Position numbers and translations under genes: made by a program. Positions 9,778-18,501 of a stretch of DNA of 44,575 bases are shown here, piece after piece (the first letter of the stretch is position 1; each line of letters starts with the position of its first letter). The stretch lies in the IMG/VR virus record IMGVR_UViG_2537561980_000012; one strand, written 5' to 3'. The DNA is from a virus. Taxonomy: Duplodnaviria; Heunggongvirae; Uroviricota; Caudoviricetes. The notes below the pieces were generated by a model. It ran no database searches. It worked only from the letters and a program-made list of their open reading frames with translations, and had not been told where the DNA came from.

Positions 9778-10191
9778 TTATCTGCTTGCAGGGAAAACAG
9801 GCCAAATAATATCAGGTGCGGTGCTGGTATTTGTTGCCGTCACAGCCTCGATATAATCCAGCACAACGTTAAGTCGGGTAGTTTCCTCTTGCGTCAGTTT
9901 GCGCCCGGCCTGCAGCTTTAACTGAATCACGCTGATATTGGCCATTGCTGCGTCTAACAGCGACTGTTTTTTCTGTTCAGCGTCAGCTACCAGTTCATCA
10001 TGAGAACGTTCCTGAGTGGGTGGTGCAGTAAATCCCCCGTCTGAATAAACCCAGCCGATTCCGGGCTGCTCACTGATATCAGAAATATTAATGAGCTGCT
10101 GATTATCCGGCACTGTGAATTCAGCCTCGCCATCCCAGACAATGACATTCACAACCATCCCATTTTCAATAACTGCATATGACGTATTCAT
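9778..10191 (-). CDS. G: Tail fibre assembly protein (chaperone)
   Basis: 137 aa from ATG at 10189-10191, which overlaps the H stop as TAATG; position after H as in P2. Confidence 0.8.
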   Translation of the reverse strand: MNTSYAVIENGMVVNVIVWDGEAEFTVPDNQQLINISDISEQPGIGWVYSDGGFTAPPTQERSHDELVADAEQKKQSLLDAAMANISVIQLKLQAGRKLTQEETTRLNVVLDYIEAVTATNTSTAPDIIWPVFPASR

Positions 10192-12110
10192 TATGCAAAC
10201 TCCTCGATAATACAAATCCCTGAAGCGCCTTTCCCGCCCGTCATACTGGTTCCGCTATAACCGGCATCGTATGCGCCACCTCCGCCTGAACCATATGCTT
10301 TACCGATAACACCACCGCCAGCGCCTGCACGTCCACCGCCGCCCCAGTGCGATGTTCCGCCTTCACCGCTGACGCTGATATTTCCGGACTGACCGTCGCC
10401 TCCATCTCCACCAGTGATGCGGATATCGCCAGTACTCGGCACACCTCCGTTACCGCCGTTTGTGTTTGTAACACCCGCTTTCCCGCCACCTTCGCCACCA
10501 GGAGCAATTAACGATGCGAATACGCTATTCCCGCCCCTGGTGCCGTTCGTCGCACTAACACCACCGGCCCCACCTGCGCCGATAGTGACTGGATAACTAT
10601 TCTGTGTCGGGGTCATTATTGAAATTATTGTTCCACCGGCCCCACCGCCAGCACCGAAAAACGTTTCATTATTGGATGCAGCCTTGCAGCCGCCCCCTCC
10701 GCCACCGCCGCCCGTTATTGTGACCCTGATCCGTTTTGTTCCTGGCGTCGGGGTGTATGTACCTGATGAGGTGAAAACCCGGGTATTCAGCCAGCGTCCA
10801 ACGTATCCACTTGCATCGCTCAGACCAAGATATTGAATAACCGCCTGTGTGCTTGCTTTAGCCAGAATATTCCGTCCAACGTTAGTCAGGGTTGTCAGGC
10901 TGGCTGTATCATTCCCCGTAAAATACGGAAGTTTGTCTGCCGCAGTGGCAAGGCCTGCCAGTGCGGTCAGTGTGGCGTCGGCAGGTTGTTTTCCATTGGC
11001 AAGGTCATATACAGCCTTCACGGCTTTTGGTGTGGCAGCCTGCGTTTCTGACGTGCTGTTAGTGGCGCTGCTGAGTTGCACGGTACCTTTTACCGTCAGT
11101 GAAGCTGCAGGCACATCCGATATCTGGCTCCACGGGTGCGTGTGACTGACAGGTGCCTTACCTGCTGCAAGGTCATATGCCGCCTTCACTGCCTTTGGTG
11201 TGGCAGCCTGCGTTTCTGACGTGCTGTTAGTGGCGCTGCTGAGTTGCACGGTGCCTTTTACCGTCAGTGAAGCTGCAGGCACATCCGTTATCTGATTCCA
11301 CGGGTGTGTGTGACTGACAGGTGCCTTACCTGCTGCAAGGTCATATACAGCCTTCACTGCCTTTGGAGTGGCAGCCTGCGTTTCTGATGTGCTGTTAGTG
11401 GCGCTGCTGAGTTGCACAGTGCCTTTTACCGTCAGCGAGGCTGCAGGTACACCTGTTATCTGATTCCACGGGTGTGTGTGACTGGCGGATGCTTTACCTG
11501 CTGCAAGATCATATGCAGCCTTCACAGCCTTCGGTGTTGCGGCCAGTATTTCGGATTCACTGTTGGTCGCACTGCTTAACTGAGTAAAACCTTTTGCAGT
11601 CAGCGAGGCGTCCGGGTGACGTCGTGACTGTTCGTGCTCTGATATTTTGTCATCCACATACTTGCGGGTTGCCAGCACTACAGCAGGGTCGATTTTCAGG
11701 ATGATATTGTCCGTACTACTGGTAATCAGCACCATGCGCACGGTCTGGGTACGCCCACTGCCTTCAGCCAGTTGCGGCTTATAGCTTTCCGGGCAGTTAC
11801 CCACGGCAATCAATGCCCCGGACTCATCAAACAAGCCCACTTCACGTATCCACCAACCGCCCTCGTTTTCAGGGATCACCTGTTCAGCAATAATCTGGCT
11901 GCTGTTCTGCGGGTCGATATAGAGCATATTCAGCGCAGCCCGGCGTTTCTCATTTACCAGTGCTGTCTGCTTTGCGCCCGGCGTTGGTAATGTTCCGCCG
12001 CCATCGCCGACCGCCATATGGGTAATTTTTAAAGGCACACCGAGCGCGGCGGCGCTGGCAAGTTTCGCCGCGCCAATATCCGTCAGCAGGGTATAAAATT
12101 TTGTGCTCAT
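10191..12110 (-). CDS. H: Tail fibre protein H with internal tandem repeats and Gly-rich C-terminal domain
   Basis: N-terminus 'MSTKFYTLLTDIGAAKLA' like P2 H; 52-aa unit '...SHTHPWNQIT.VPAASLTVKGTVQLSSATNSTSETQAATPKAVKA.YDLAAGKAP.' repeated about 4 times. Confidence 0.9.
   Translation of the reverse strand: MSTKFYTLLTDIGAAKLASAAALGVPLKITHMAVGDGGGTLPTPGAKQTALVNEKRRAALNMLYIDPQNSSQIIAEQVIPENEGGWWIREVGLFDESGALIAVGNCPESYKPQLAEGSGRTQTVRMVLITSSTDNIILKIDPAVVLATRKYVDDKISEHEQSRRHPDASLTAKGFTQLSSATNSESEILAATPKAVKAAYDLAAGKASASHTHPWNQITGVPAASLTVKGTVQLSSATNSTSETQAATPKAVKAVYDLAAGKAPVSHTHPWNQITDVPAASLTVKGTVQLSSATNSTSETQAATPKAVKAAYDLAAGKAPVSHTHPWSQISDVPAASLTVKGTVQLSSATNSTSETQAATPKAVKAVYDLANGKQPADATLTALAGLATAADKLPYFTGNDTASLTTLTNVGRNILAKASTQAVIQYLGLSDASGYVGRWLNTRVFTSSGTYTPTPGTKRIRVTITGGGGGGGGCKAASNNETFFGAGGGAGGTIISIMTPTQNSYPVTIGAGGAGGVSATNGTRGGNSVFASLIAPGGEGGGKAGVTNTNGGNGGVPSTGDIRITGGDGGDGQSGNISVSGEGGTSHWGGGGRAGAGGGVIGKAYGSGGGGAYDAGYSGTSMTGGKGASGICIIEEFA
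10990..11600. repeat. Coding tandem repeats (about 156-bp unit, roughly 3.5 copies) inside tail fibre gene H
   Basis: Near-identical 156-bp blocks starting around 11150, 11306 and 11462 with single-base differences. Confidence 0.8.
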
Positions 12111-12712
12111 GGATTCACTCTCATTGTGTCAATAACATGGACCGCCCCGCCTTCATGCGCGGTGCCGCCGGAAATAATTGTTTCGTTGATATACGGATAG
12201 ATCGTGATTTCTTCGCCAAGATAACTGGCGGCTCCCACCCAATGCGGGCCGCTGGTCTGCAGATTGATGGACATGCCGATCATGTGACGGCTGCAGGGTT
12301 TGGCATCGCTTATCAGTCGCTCAAGTTCCAGATAGGTATCTTCAGTGATGCCCTGATCCTGCACGCCGATATCCAGGCGAAACGTGCCTGGTGTTTCTCC
12401 GGTCTGCCACCACTCAATAATGCGGATCAGGAAGCCGAACGGTTCCACTACCCGCCGCACGGCACTGGTGGTTCCTTTATGCTGATGAATATAAAAAGCA
12501 TCCTTCACCACCTGGCGTTTGACACTTTCCGTCCAGTCCTCGTCCCAGCGATCCACAGAGAACGCCCAGGCGAGATAAGGCAGGAAACTGACCGGACAGG
12601 TCGTTGGATTCCACAAGTCACGCAGCGGCACCTGCAAATCAGAAATCCCGCTGCAGGTTTGCGCCAGTCGGCGCTCCAGTGAAGTTGAACCCGGTGGCAG
12701 CAGACTATTCAT
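12107..12712 (-). CDS. I: Baseplate/tail protein I
   Basis: 201 aa gpI-like; overlaps J and H ends. Confidence 0.85.
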   Translation of the reverse strand: MNSLLPPGSTSLERRLAQTCSGISDLQVPLRDLWNPTTCPVSFLPYLAWAFSVDRWDEDWTESVKRQVVKDAFYIHQHKGTTSAVRRVVEPFGFLIRIIEWWQTGETPGTFRLDIGVQDQGITEDTYLELERLISDAKPCSRHMIGMSINLQTSGPHWVGAASYLGEEITIYPYINETIISGGTAHEGGAVHVIDTMRVNP

Positions 12713-13613
12713 CCGTTCCTCCGTTGGTTACGCTCCACTGCGTACATGATGCCGCCTGTGTTTTGTTCAGGACCACATCCGCCAGCGGCGAAGCCAGCTC
12801 CACACGCTGCACACCCTCAACATGCAGGGCGGCAAAGATGGCGCTACGGCGAATATCCCGGCCAAGACGCGTCTGACTGGCGATGTACTTCTGCAGACTG
12901 GCTTTTGCCGCTGCCATTACCGGCTCTGCTTCCGGTCCCGGATAGAGAAAAATGGTGGCTTCCACGCGGTACGGGATGATTTCTGCGCTGCGAACCGTCA
13001 GACGGTCAGCCACCGGGCGGACGTTCTCACTGTTCAGGGCGTTCTCCACCACATCCAGCAGGTCTTTTTCTGCTGTTCCGTCGCCTTCGCGACTCAGGAC
13101 AGTCAGCACCACCTCTGCAGGGGCCGGACTGGTTGCACTGGCATCCGCCACCCGACCGTCGGCGCTTCGGGCATGAAATTCATAAGCTGCAGTTGGCCCC
13201 GCAACTGAAAGCCCCTCAAAGGCTGCAGGCACACGCAGGCGTAACGCTTCATCGCTTTCCATCACAGCCGCAACGGGCGGCACAGCGTCATCATCAGCAG
13301 GTATCACCGTCAGGCGTTTCACGTTGTAATTGGCGGCGAGCTGGTCCAGATCGCCGCCCATCGCATAAGCCACCATCACCGCCTGCGCGGCTTCGTTAAT
13401 GCGCTGGCGCAGAAGCAGCTCACGATAAGCGTTCTCCTGCAGCAATTTGGTGACGGGTTCAGATTCCAGTTCCAGCGTGCGGATCACTGCTTCCTGCTCA
13501 TCTTTCGGATGAAGCGCAACAAATTCGGCCTTGCGTTCGGCAAGCAGCGTCTCAAAGTCCGGCACATCGACAATCTGCGGCGCAGGCAACTGCGAAAGGT
13601 CAATCACTGCCAT
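12705..13613 (-). CDS. J: Baseplate protein J
   Basis: Start taken at 'MAVIDLSQLPAP' (P2 J begins 'MPIIDLNQLPAP'). Confidence 0.85.
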   Translation of the reverse strand: MAVIDLSQLPAPQIVDVPDFETLLAERKAEFVALHPKDEQEAVIRTLELESEPVTKLLQENAYRELLLRQRINEAAQAVMVAYAMGGDLDQLAANYNVKRLTVIPADDDAVPPVAAVMESDEALRLRVPAAFEGLSVAGPTAAYEFHARSADGRVADASATSPAPAEVVLTVLSREGDGTAEKDLLDVVENALNSENVRPVADRLTVRSAEIIPYRVEATIFLYPGPEAEPVMAAAKASLQKYIASQTRLGRDIRRSAIFAALHVEGVQRVELASPLADVVLNKTQAASCTQWSVTNGGTDE

Positions 13614-13959
13614 TCTCTGCTCCTGTTGATACGGAAAGGGAAACAGGCACACCGTTATTACGCCGCCCGGTCAGCTCCACCACCATTGAACCGTCAAAAT
13701 TGCTGTTAATGGTGATGGAATCCAGCGTCAGCCGTGGCTCCCAGCGACTCAGCGCCACATACACTGCCGACATGACCTGCAGGCGTAATGCCGGATTTTG
13801 TGGCTGGTCTATCAGTGCCGACAGCAGGGAACCATATTCCCGACGGGCAATGCGGCTACCCTGCGGCGTCAGCAAAATGTCCCGCACCGACTGGCGCAGA
13901 TGGTCAATATCAGTAATGGCTTTACCGCTGGTATTGTTCATCCCGCTATAAAGCGTCAT
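13600..13959 (-). CDS. W: Baseplate wedge protein W
   Basis: 119 aa gpW-like. Confidence 0.85.
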   Translation of the reverse strand: MTLYSGMNNTSGKAITDIDHLRQSVRDILLTPQGSRIARREYGSLLSALIDQPQNPALRLQVMSAVYVALSRWEPRLTLDSITINSNFDGSMVVELTGRRNNGVPVSLSVSTGAENGSD

Positions 13960-14534
13960 ACCGGGCCTCCGGTTGTGTCGCCGCCTTTCAGGACGCCAGT
14001 ATGCTGATGTGCATCAACCACAATCCCGTTAGAACTCATCGCTCCGCCGCCCTGGGTAACGCCACCATTGATCACCACTTCGCTGTTAATGCGCGTGCGG
14101 TCAGCCTCCAGTACAAACTCACTGGTTTTCATGGTGATGTTATCAGCGGCCTCAATGACCATTGATTTGATGCCCCTGACATACCAGCGCCCGGTGGCGG
14201 GTTCATATTCAAACCAGCCACCGTCAGGATGTTCTGTCACGCAGGCGTCCGCCGACGTCGACGGCGGTGCAAACTGATTCGAATAGACAGCGGGCAGCGC
14301 AAAGGCTGTTTCCAGATTTCCGCCCAGACTCAGCAGCACCACCTGCTCACCTTCCGATGGTCGCCACCATGTCCGGGCATTCCCGGCACGCAGTGTCAGC
14401 CAGCTGATCCAGTTGGTTTCGAGGTCGCCCGTTTTCACCCGGCAAAGCCAGTTCTCCCGATCCACTTCGGTGACTATACCTGTGCGGATCAGGTTGGTGA
14501 TAAGGCGCATGATTTCGGTTAATTGTGCGTTCAT
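13956..14534 (-). CDS. V: Baseplate spike/assembly protein V
   Basis: 192 aa gpV-like. Confidence 0.85.
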   Translation of the reverse strand: MNAQLTEIMRLITNLIRTGIVTEVDRENWLCRVKTGDLETNWISWLTLRAGNARTWWRPSEGEQVVLLSLGGNLETAFALPAVYSNQFAPPSTSADACVTEHPDGGWFEYEPATGRWYVRGIKSMVIEAADNITMKTSEFVLEADRTRINSEVVINGGVTQGGGAMSSNGIVVDAHQHTGVLKGGDTTGGPV

Positions 14535-14580
14535 AGGGAAAGGTTGCCATCAGGGGAAGAAAGGCGGCAGTGCTGCAACT

Positions 14581-14598
14581 TGTATCAGTGCTGATACA
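14581..14598. promoter_or_regulatory. Ogr-box-like dyad TGT-N12-ACA upstream of V (late promoter P_V)
   Basis: 'tgtatcagtgctgataca' in the S-V intergenic region. Confidence 0.55.
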
Positions 14599-14602
14599 AA
14601 GA

Positions 14603-15049
14603 TCACCCCGCCAGCCATTGCAGAATCATGTCGCGGGTCATTGCCTCAACATCATCATTTACACCCAGCAGGCGGCGCTCTGCGTAACGGACTTCCGGTC
14701 CTTTGCGACTGACGCGATCACGCAGGCCGTAATGGTGAACACGGGCAATACGCTGCACCTTGCCTTCAAACTGTACGCTGGCAGAGTCGGCGCTGGCGGC
14801 AGTTTTCAGGTATTTTGTGGTGCGCAGCTTTGCAAACATCTGACGTTTGATGCGCCCCTTCTTGCTACGTGCTGTTACCCTGCGCGGTTCATAACTGCTG
14901 CCATCTGGATTGCGCTGCATCCTGATATTCTGCTGCTGTGTCCGGCGCAGTTCCTGCGCCAGCTGGCGCATCATGCGGCTTCTTGCGGCTGGCTCCAGAT
15001 TCGCCAGCAAGGCACTCAGCCAGTCGTCCACCTTCTGCAGTTCAGCCAC
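14603..15049 (-). CDS. S: Tail completion protein S
   Basis: 148 aa gpS-like. Confidence 0.85.
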   Translation of the reverse strand: MAELQKVDDWLSALLANLEPAARSRMMRQLAQELRRTQQQNIRMQRNPDGSSYEPRRVTARSKKGRIKRQMFAKLRTTKYLKTAASADSASVQFEGKVQRIARVHHYGLRDRVSRKGPEVRYAERRLLGVNDDVEAMTRDMILQWLAG

Positions 15050-15494
15050 GTTTCACCGTCCACATTTCTTCAGGTTCATCGGGTTCTGCTACAGCTTCAA
15101 CACTCGACACACTGCCGTCAGTACTGACCAGCACACGTTCCGTCAATTGCAGGTTAAGGCTGATATCACAGACATCGTTGCGCAAAATATCCACCTCAAA
15201 GGTGAATAGCTTTTCCCGTAACGCCGGGTTATTGATGGCATCGGGCTGGTTATCCCGAAGCCACAGCAAAACCGGGGCCATCAGCAGATTCTGGTCGCCG
15301 CTGAAATCCTCTATCACCACGTTCAGGGTATAGCGGTACTCCCATGACATGGAGCTGGCCCCCGTGGCAACCAGCGAACCGTTATCCACAAACAGATGCA
15401 GTTTGTCCGGGTTATTGCGGACATAAGGTACCGCTTTATTGAGGGCGTGGCGCAGGGATTGTGGTTTGTTCACTGTTTCGCTCCTGACACGCAA
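15042..15494 (-). CDS. R: Tail completion protein R
   Basis: 150 aa gpR-like ('...LHLFVDNGSLVATGASSMSWEYRYTLNVVIEDFSGD...'). Confidence 0.8.
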   Translation of the reverse strand: MRVRSETVNKPQSLRHALNKAVPYVRNNPDKLHLFVDNGSLVATGASSMSWEYRYTLNVVIEDFSGDQNLLMAPVLLWLRDNQPDAINNPALREKLFTFEVDILRNDVCDISLNLQLTERVLVSTDGSVSSVEAVAEPDEPEEMWTVKRG

Positions 15495-15726
15495 TAATCA
15501 TGTCCACTTTGTCTGCACAGACCGCCCAGGCGACCTCCGTTTCATCCAGCAATGCGTTCAGATCACCGTTAGTGCGCGGCGCTGCCTGCTCCAGCCGACA
15601 CGGCGTCACTCGCGGACAACCACTGACGGTAAGCTGCACCTCCGGTGAGTGCCGGACGTTCCCGCAGCCGGATAATGTCAGCAGGCAAAGGAGTATCAGC
15701 CCAGCGGCGTAAATCCTCGTTCTCAC
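15436..15726 (-). CDS. lysC: o-spanin LysC (Rz1-like lipoprotein) embedded in +1 frame of lysB
   Basis: Lipobox 'LTLSGC' after a signal peptide, Pro-rich; nested in lysB like P2 lysC / lambda Rz1. Confidence 0.6.
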   Translation of the reverse strand: MRTRIYAAGLILLCLLTLSGCGNVRHSPEVQLTVSGCPRVTPCRLEQAAPRTNGDLNALLDETEVAWAVCADKVDMIIACQERNSEQTTIPAPRPQ

Positions 15727-15997
15727 GTTTCAGTTCCTCCATCCGGCGTTGTCGTTGTCTCAGCAGTGCGCTGGTCTGTTCTGCTTCGGCGTAGAGCCGC
15801 GCCTGCTCCCGGTTGTTGGTTTCAGTCAGAATGGACAGGCTGATAAGCTGGCTGTTGCTCTTTGCCAGTGCCTGGCTTTTGCTCCGAAGCTCGTCTGCCT
15901 GCGTGCTGATGGTCTGGCTGGCATCAGCCAGCCGCCACGTCTGCCAGCCCAGCGCCGCCAGTAATAACGCCAGCACAACCAGCAGCAACCGGTTCAT
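15569..15997 (-). CDS. lysB: i-spanin LysB (Rz-like)
   Basis: N-terminal TM segment then coiled-coil-rich periplasmic domain; position after lysA. Confidence 0.7.
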   Translation of the reverse strand: MNRLLLVVLALLLAALGWQTWRLADASQTISTQADELRSKSQALAKSNSQLISLSILTETNNREQARLYAEAEQTSALLRQRQRRMEELKRENEDLRRWADTPLPADIIRLRERPALTGGAAYRQWLSASDAVSAGAGSAAH

Positions 15998-16371
15998 GCT
16001 GCTACCTGTTGCGCAATCTGATTACGGATCATCCAGAAGGCAATAACGGTCAGCAGATAAAAGACCAGGGTAATAGCCCACCCCGTCCAGGCGAAACTTA
16101 CGACAATCAGCAATCGCATCACCCAGCTGATAAATACGTTTTCTTTTCGGGTAATGGTCTTTAGCAAAGATGCCCTCAACTCCTGCCAGAGCGGGCCGTT
16201 CTTAATTGACGCAGCCAGTGCTACCGGAATTACCGCCCATGTCAGCAGACAGGCTACCCAGACACCGGACGCTGCCAGTACCGGAAAAATCCCCTGCGGA
16301 TACACCATTGCTGCGATCAACAGCGCCATCCATAACATCAGAAACAGCCCGCTGATTACTTTCTTTTTCAT
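15994..16371 (-). CDS. lysA: Lysis regulatory membrane protein LysA (start at 'MKKKVISG')
   Basis: Several hydrophobic helices; ATG at 16369-16371 abuts the K stop. Confidence 0.7.
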   Translation of the reverse strand: MKKKVISGLFLMLWMALLIAAMVYPQGIFPVLAASGVWVACLLTWAVIPVALAASIKNGPLWQELRASLLKTITRKENVFISWVMRLLIVVSFAWTGWAITLVFYLLTVIAFWMIRNQIAQQVAA

Positions 16372-16372
16372 T

Positions 16373-16885
16373 TCAGTTTGCTCCCTGTAAGCACCAGGCC
16401 ATCTCCCGCGCACGGCGGTTATCCAGCCCCTGATTAAAAACACCTTTCACATAAACCCAGCGCGGCAACTGTCGGCACGCATCCGCCCAGCGCCGCTGAT
16501 TGAGTAATTTCACCAGTGTGGAACTGCAGGCATTGCCCGTTCCCACGTTGAAGGCAAACGACACCGCAGCGTCATACACCTTCTGCGGCGGCTGTTGCTT
16601 CACACACCTTTCCAGCGCCCGCTCCACACGCAGCACGTTGGAGATCAGCCCTTCTGCTGCCTGTCGCTCCGTAATGGTTTTGCCGGGAATGACGCCCGAC
16701 GTATTACCAATGCCGTCGGTCCAGACACCCGCGCTGCACTGATACGGCTGCAGACGACAGCCTTCGTAATCAGCAATCAGTTTCAGCCCCTCCACGGAGG
16801 TGTGAAGCTGCTGAAAACCCGGCAGCGTGGCAGTAATAGCCAGCACGGCCCCGACAAGGCAGCGTTTAACGATTGATGGATTCAT
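16373..16885 (-). CDS. K: Endolysin (lysozyme-like) with N-terminal signal-anchor-release (SAR) segment
   Basis: Weakly hydrophobic Gly/Ala-rich N-terminus 'LVGAVLAITATLPG' followed by 'E-x8-C/D-x5-T' lysozyme catalytic region ('EGLKLIADYEGCRLQPY...TDGIGNT'). Confidence 0.85.
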   Translation of the reverse strand: MNPSIVKRCLVGAVLAITATLPGFQQLHTSVEGLKLIADYEGCRLQPYQCSAGVWTDGIGNTSGVIPGKTITERQAAEGLISNVLRVERALERCVKQQPPQKVYDAAVSFAFNVGTGNACSSTLVKLLNQRRWADACRQLPRWVYVKGVFNQGLDNRRAREMAWCLQGAN

Positions 16886-17081
16886 AGTCCTCCCGCGAGA
16901 TCTGCCCGTCGCGCAGAAGCTGGTAGGCTTTATGTTTGTAGTACCAGTTGATAGCCAGCATCAGCACACCAATCATCAGGCCGCCCAGCGTTGAGGCATC
17001 CTTGATGGACAAATCGCCCAGCCAGGCCAGCACGACGGCGATGCAATACGTGATAAAGGCGCTGATTCGCTCAAGCGTCAT
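16866..17081 (-). CDS. Y: Holin
   Basis: 71 aa, two TM helices and charged C-terminus; precedes endolysin. Confidence 0.8.
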   Translation of the reverse strand: MTLERISAFITYCIAVVLAWLGDLSIKDASTLGGLMIGVLMLAINWYYKHKAYQLLRDGQISREDYESINR

Positions 17082-17084
17082 AAT

Positions 17085-17288
17085 TCAGTCCCATAGCTGG
17101 ACGGTCTGCACGGTGGTGGTGGTCGGAATGTCCGGCAGCTCCACCTGCAGCCCGTGAGGTAAAAAGGGGCCGTATTCGGCAAGCCCCGGATTTGCCTTCA
17201 GTACCTGCTCCGTGACACCCTGCGTGCGCCCGTAATGACGCCAGCAAAGCGCGTCCACCGTGTCATACTGATGCGCACGCACTTTCAT
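17085..17288 (-). CDS. X: Tail protein X
   Basis: 67 aa gpX-like. Confidence 0.8.
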   Translation of the reverse strand: MKVRAHQYDTVDALCWRHYGRTQGVTEQVLKANPGLAEYGPFLPHGLQVELPDIPTTTTVQTVQLWD

Positions 17289-17815
17289 CAGATAAGCTCC
17301 ACTGTGCAGTGCGGCGCGTCCTGCACCCGGCTGATGGCCCAGCGGGCGTCACGCCACAAATCACCGCTGGCTTCCGCCAGTTCCTCGCCCCGCTTCACAC
17401 CGGACGCCGTGGCGTCATAGTCCTGGTATCGTTCGTTGAGCATGGCGCGTGCCCAGCAGTAAACCGCGTTGAAATAGTGCTGAATGCGCTCACTTTTGCC
17501 GTCCAGCTGTTCCGCCGGAACCTCAGCCAGCGACACATATCCCAGCATCTGCTGACGTCTGCGAAACTCATACAGCTCTGCGTTGACCTCCGAAATTGCC
17601 GACAGGGCAACCTGCTTTAAACGCGGCTGCGTCACCGTGCCGTCAGTGCGCATCACGCTGCGAAACTCCGACAGGTCCACATCAGGCCAGAACGGCGTAT
17701 TTCTGATGATTTCCGCCTGTTCCGGTGCCTGTTCTGGCGCAACAAACTTCATGCTGCTTTCTCCTGAAATAGAGGGCGGTGGACGGGATTTTGATGTGGC
17801 TATGCCTTTCGCCAC
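17288..17815 (-). CDS. L: Head completion protein L
   Basis: gpL-like ('...NTPFWPDVDLSEF...DLWRDARWAISRVQ'); true start may be the internal ATG at 17752. Confidence 0.8.
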   Translation of the reverse strand: MAKGIATSKSRPPPSISGESSMKFVAPEQAPEQAEIIRNTPFWPDVDLSEFRSVMRTDGTVTQPRLKQVALSAISEVNAELYEFRRRQQMLGYVSLAEVPAEQLDGKSERIQHYFNAVYCWARAMLNERYQDYDATASGVKRGEELAEASGDLWRDARWAISRVQDAPHCTVELI

Positions 17816-17847
17816 CCCGTGCCGCCCGTGCGCGGGGGCACGTTCTG

Positions 17848-18498
17848 TCAGCGGCTGTCATTGCGCAGTCTGCGCTCCAGCTGCTGTTTGTCTTTTTTCA
17901 CGCCACAGCGGGGATCGAGCTGTAACGCATGGTTGAGATGATTAAGGGCGGAAGCCGGATTGCTTTCACTCAGGACAGCGCCAATCGCTTTATGCAGACG
18001 CGCCCGTGACTGGTCCGGCATATCCAGACCGTCTGTCAGCTCCAGCGTCTGCAGCAACAGATCGGCATCAAAGCCGGTAGCGGCAAGCATTGCGCTCTGC
18101 GCTGCATCTGCCATTTCCTCTGCCAGCACGGTCTGCACGTTGCGGTTACCCAGAGGCATCACCCAGCCATGACGCAGGGCATGACGCCCGATCTCCAGCG
18201 CCCCGGCATAATCTCCGGCATCAATGCGCCACAGCATCACGTACATCAGCACGTCATCCTGTTGAGCGCCTCCGGCAGCCAGGACGCCCTCCGCCCAGGC
18301 GGCATATTTCGGCAGCAGCTCCACCTTTATTTCCGCTTTTTTCACCGTGGACTGAACGCCCTTGAGACGGCGGCGGTCTTCCGACAGCTGCAGCAGCATC
18401 AGGTCATAGCCCGACGCGTGGCGAACACTGCCGCCCTCACGGGCGGCCTGTTCAGCCTGAACGCGCAGGCGATGCTGCCGTGCGGGACTCAGGCTCAT
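17848..18498 (-). CDS. M: Terminase small (endonuclease) subunit M
   Basis: 216 aa gpM-like. Confidence 0.85.
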   Translation of the reverse strand: MSLSPARQHRLRVQAEQAAREGGSVRHASGYDLMLLQLSEDRRRLKGVQSTVKKAEIKVELLPKYAAWAEGVLAAGGAQQDDVLMYVMLWRIDAGDYAGALEIGRHALRHGWVMPLGNRNVQTVLAEEMADAAQSAMLAATGFDADLLLQTLELTDGLDMPDQSRARLHKAIGAVLSESNPASALNHLNHALQLDPRCGVKKDKQQLERRLRNDSR

Positions 18499-18501
18499 GG
18501 T

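Noticed and set aside
10990-11600. Tandem repeats considered as a possible CRISPR array
   Set aside because: The 156-bp units are contiguous with no spacers and lie in-frame inside tail fibre gene H; no cas genes or CRISPR-like repeat/spacer structure anywhere in the window.
12101-13208. Plus-strand ORFs overlapping genes I and J
   Set aside because: Antisense to baseplate genes; spurious.
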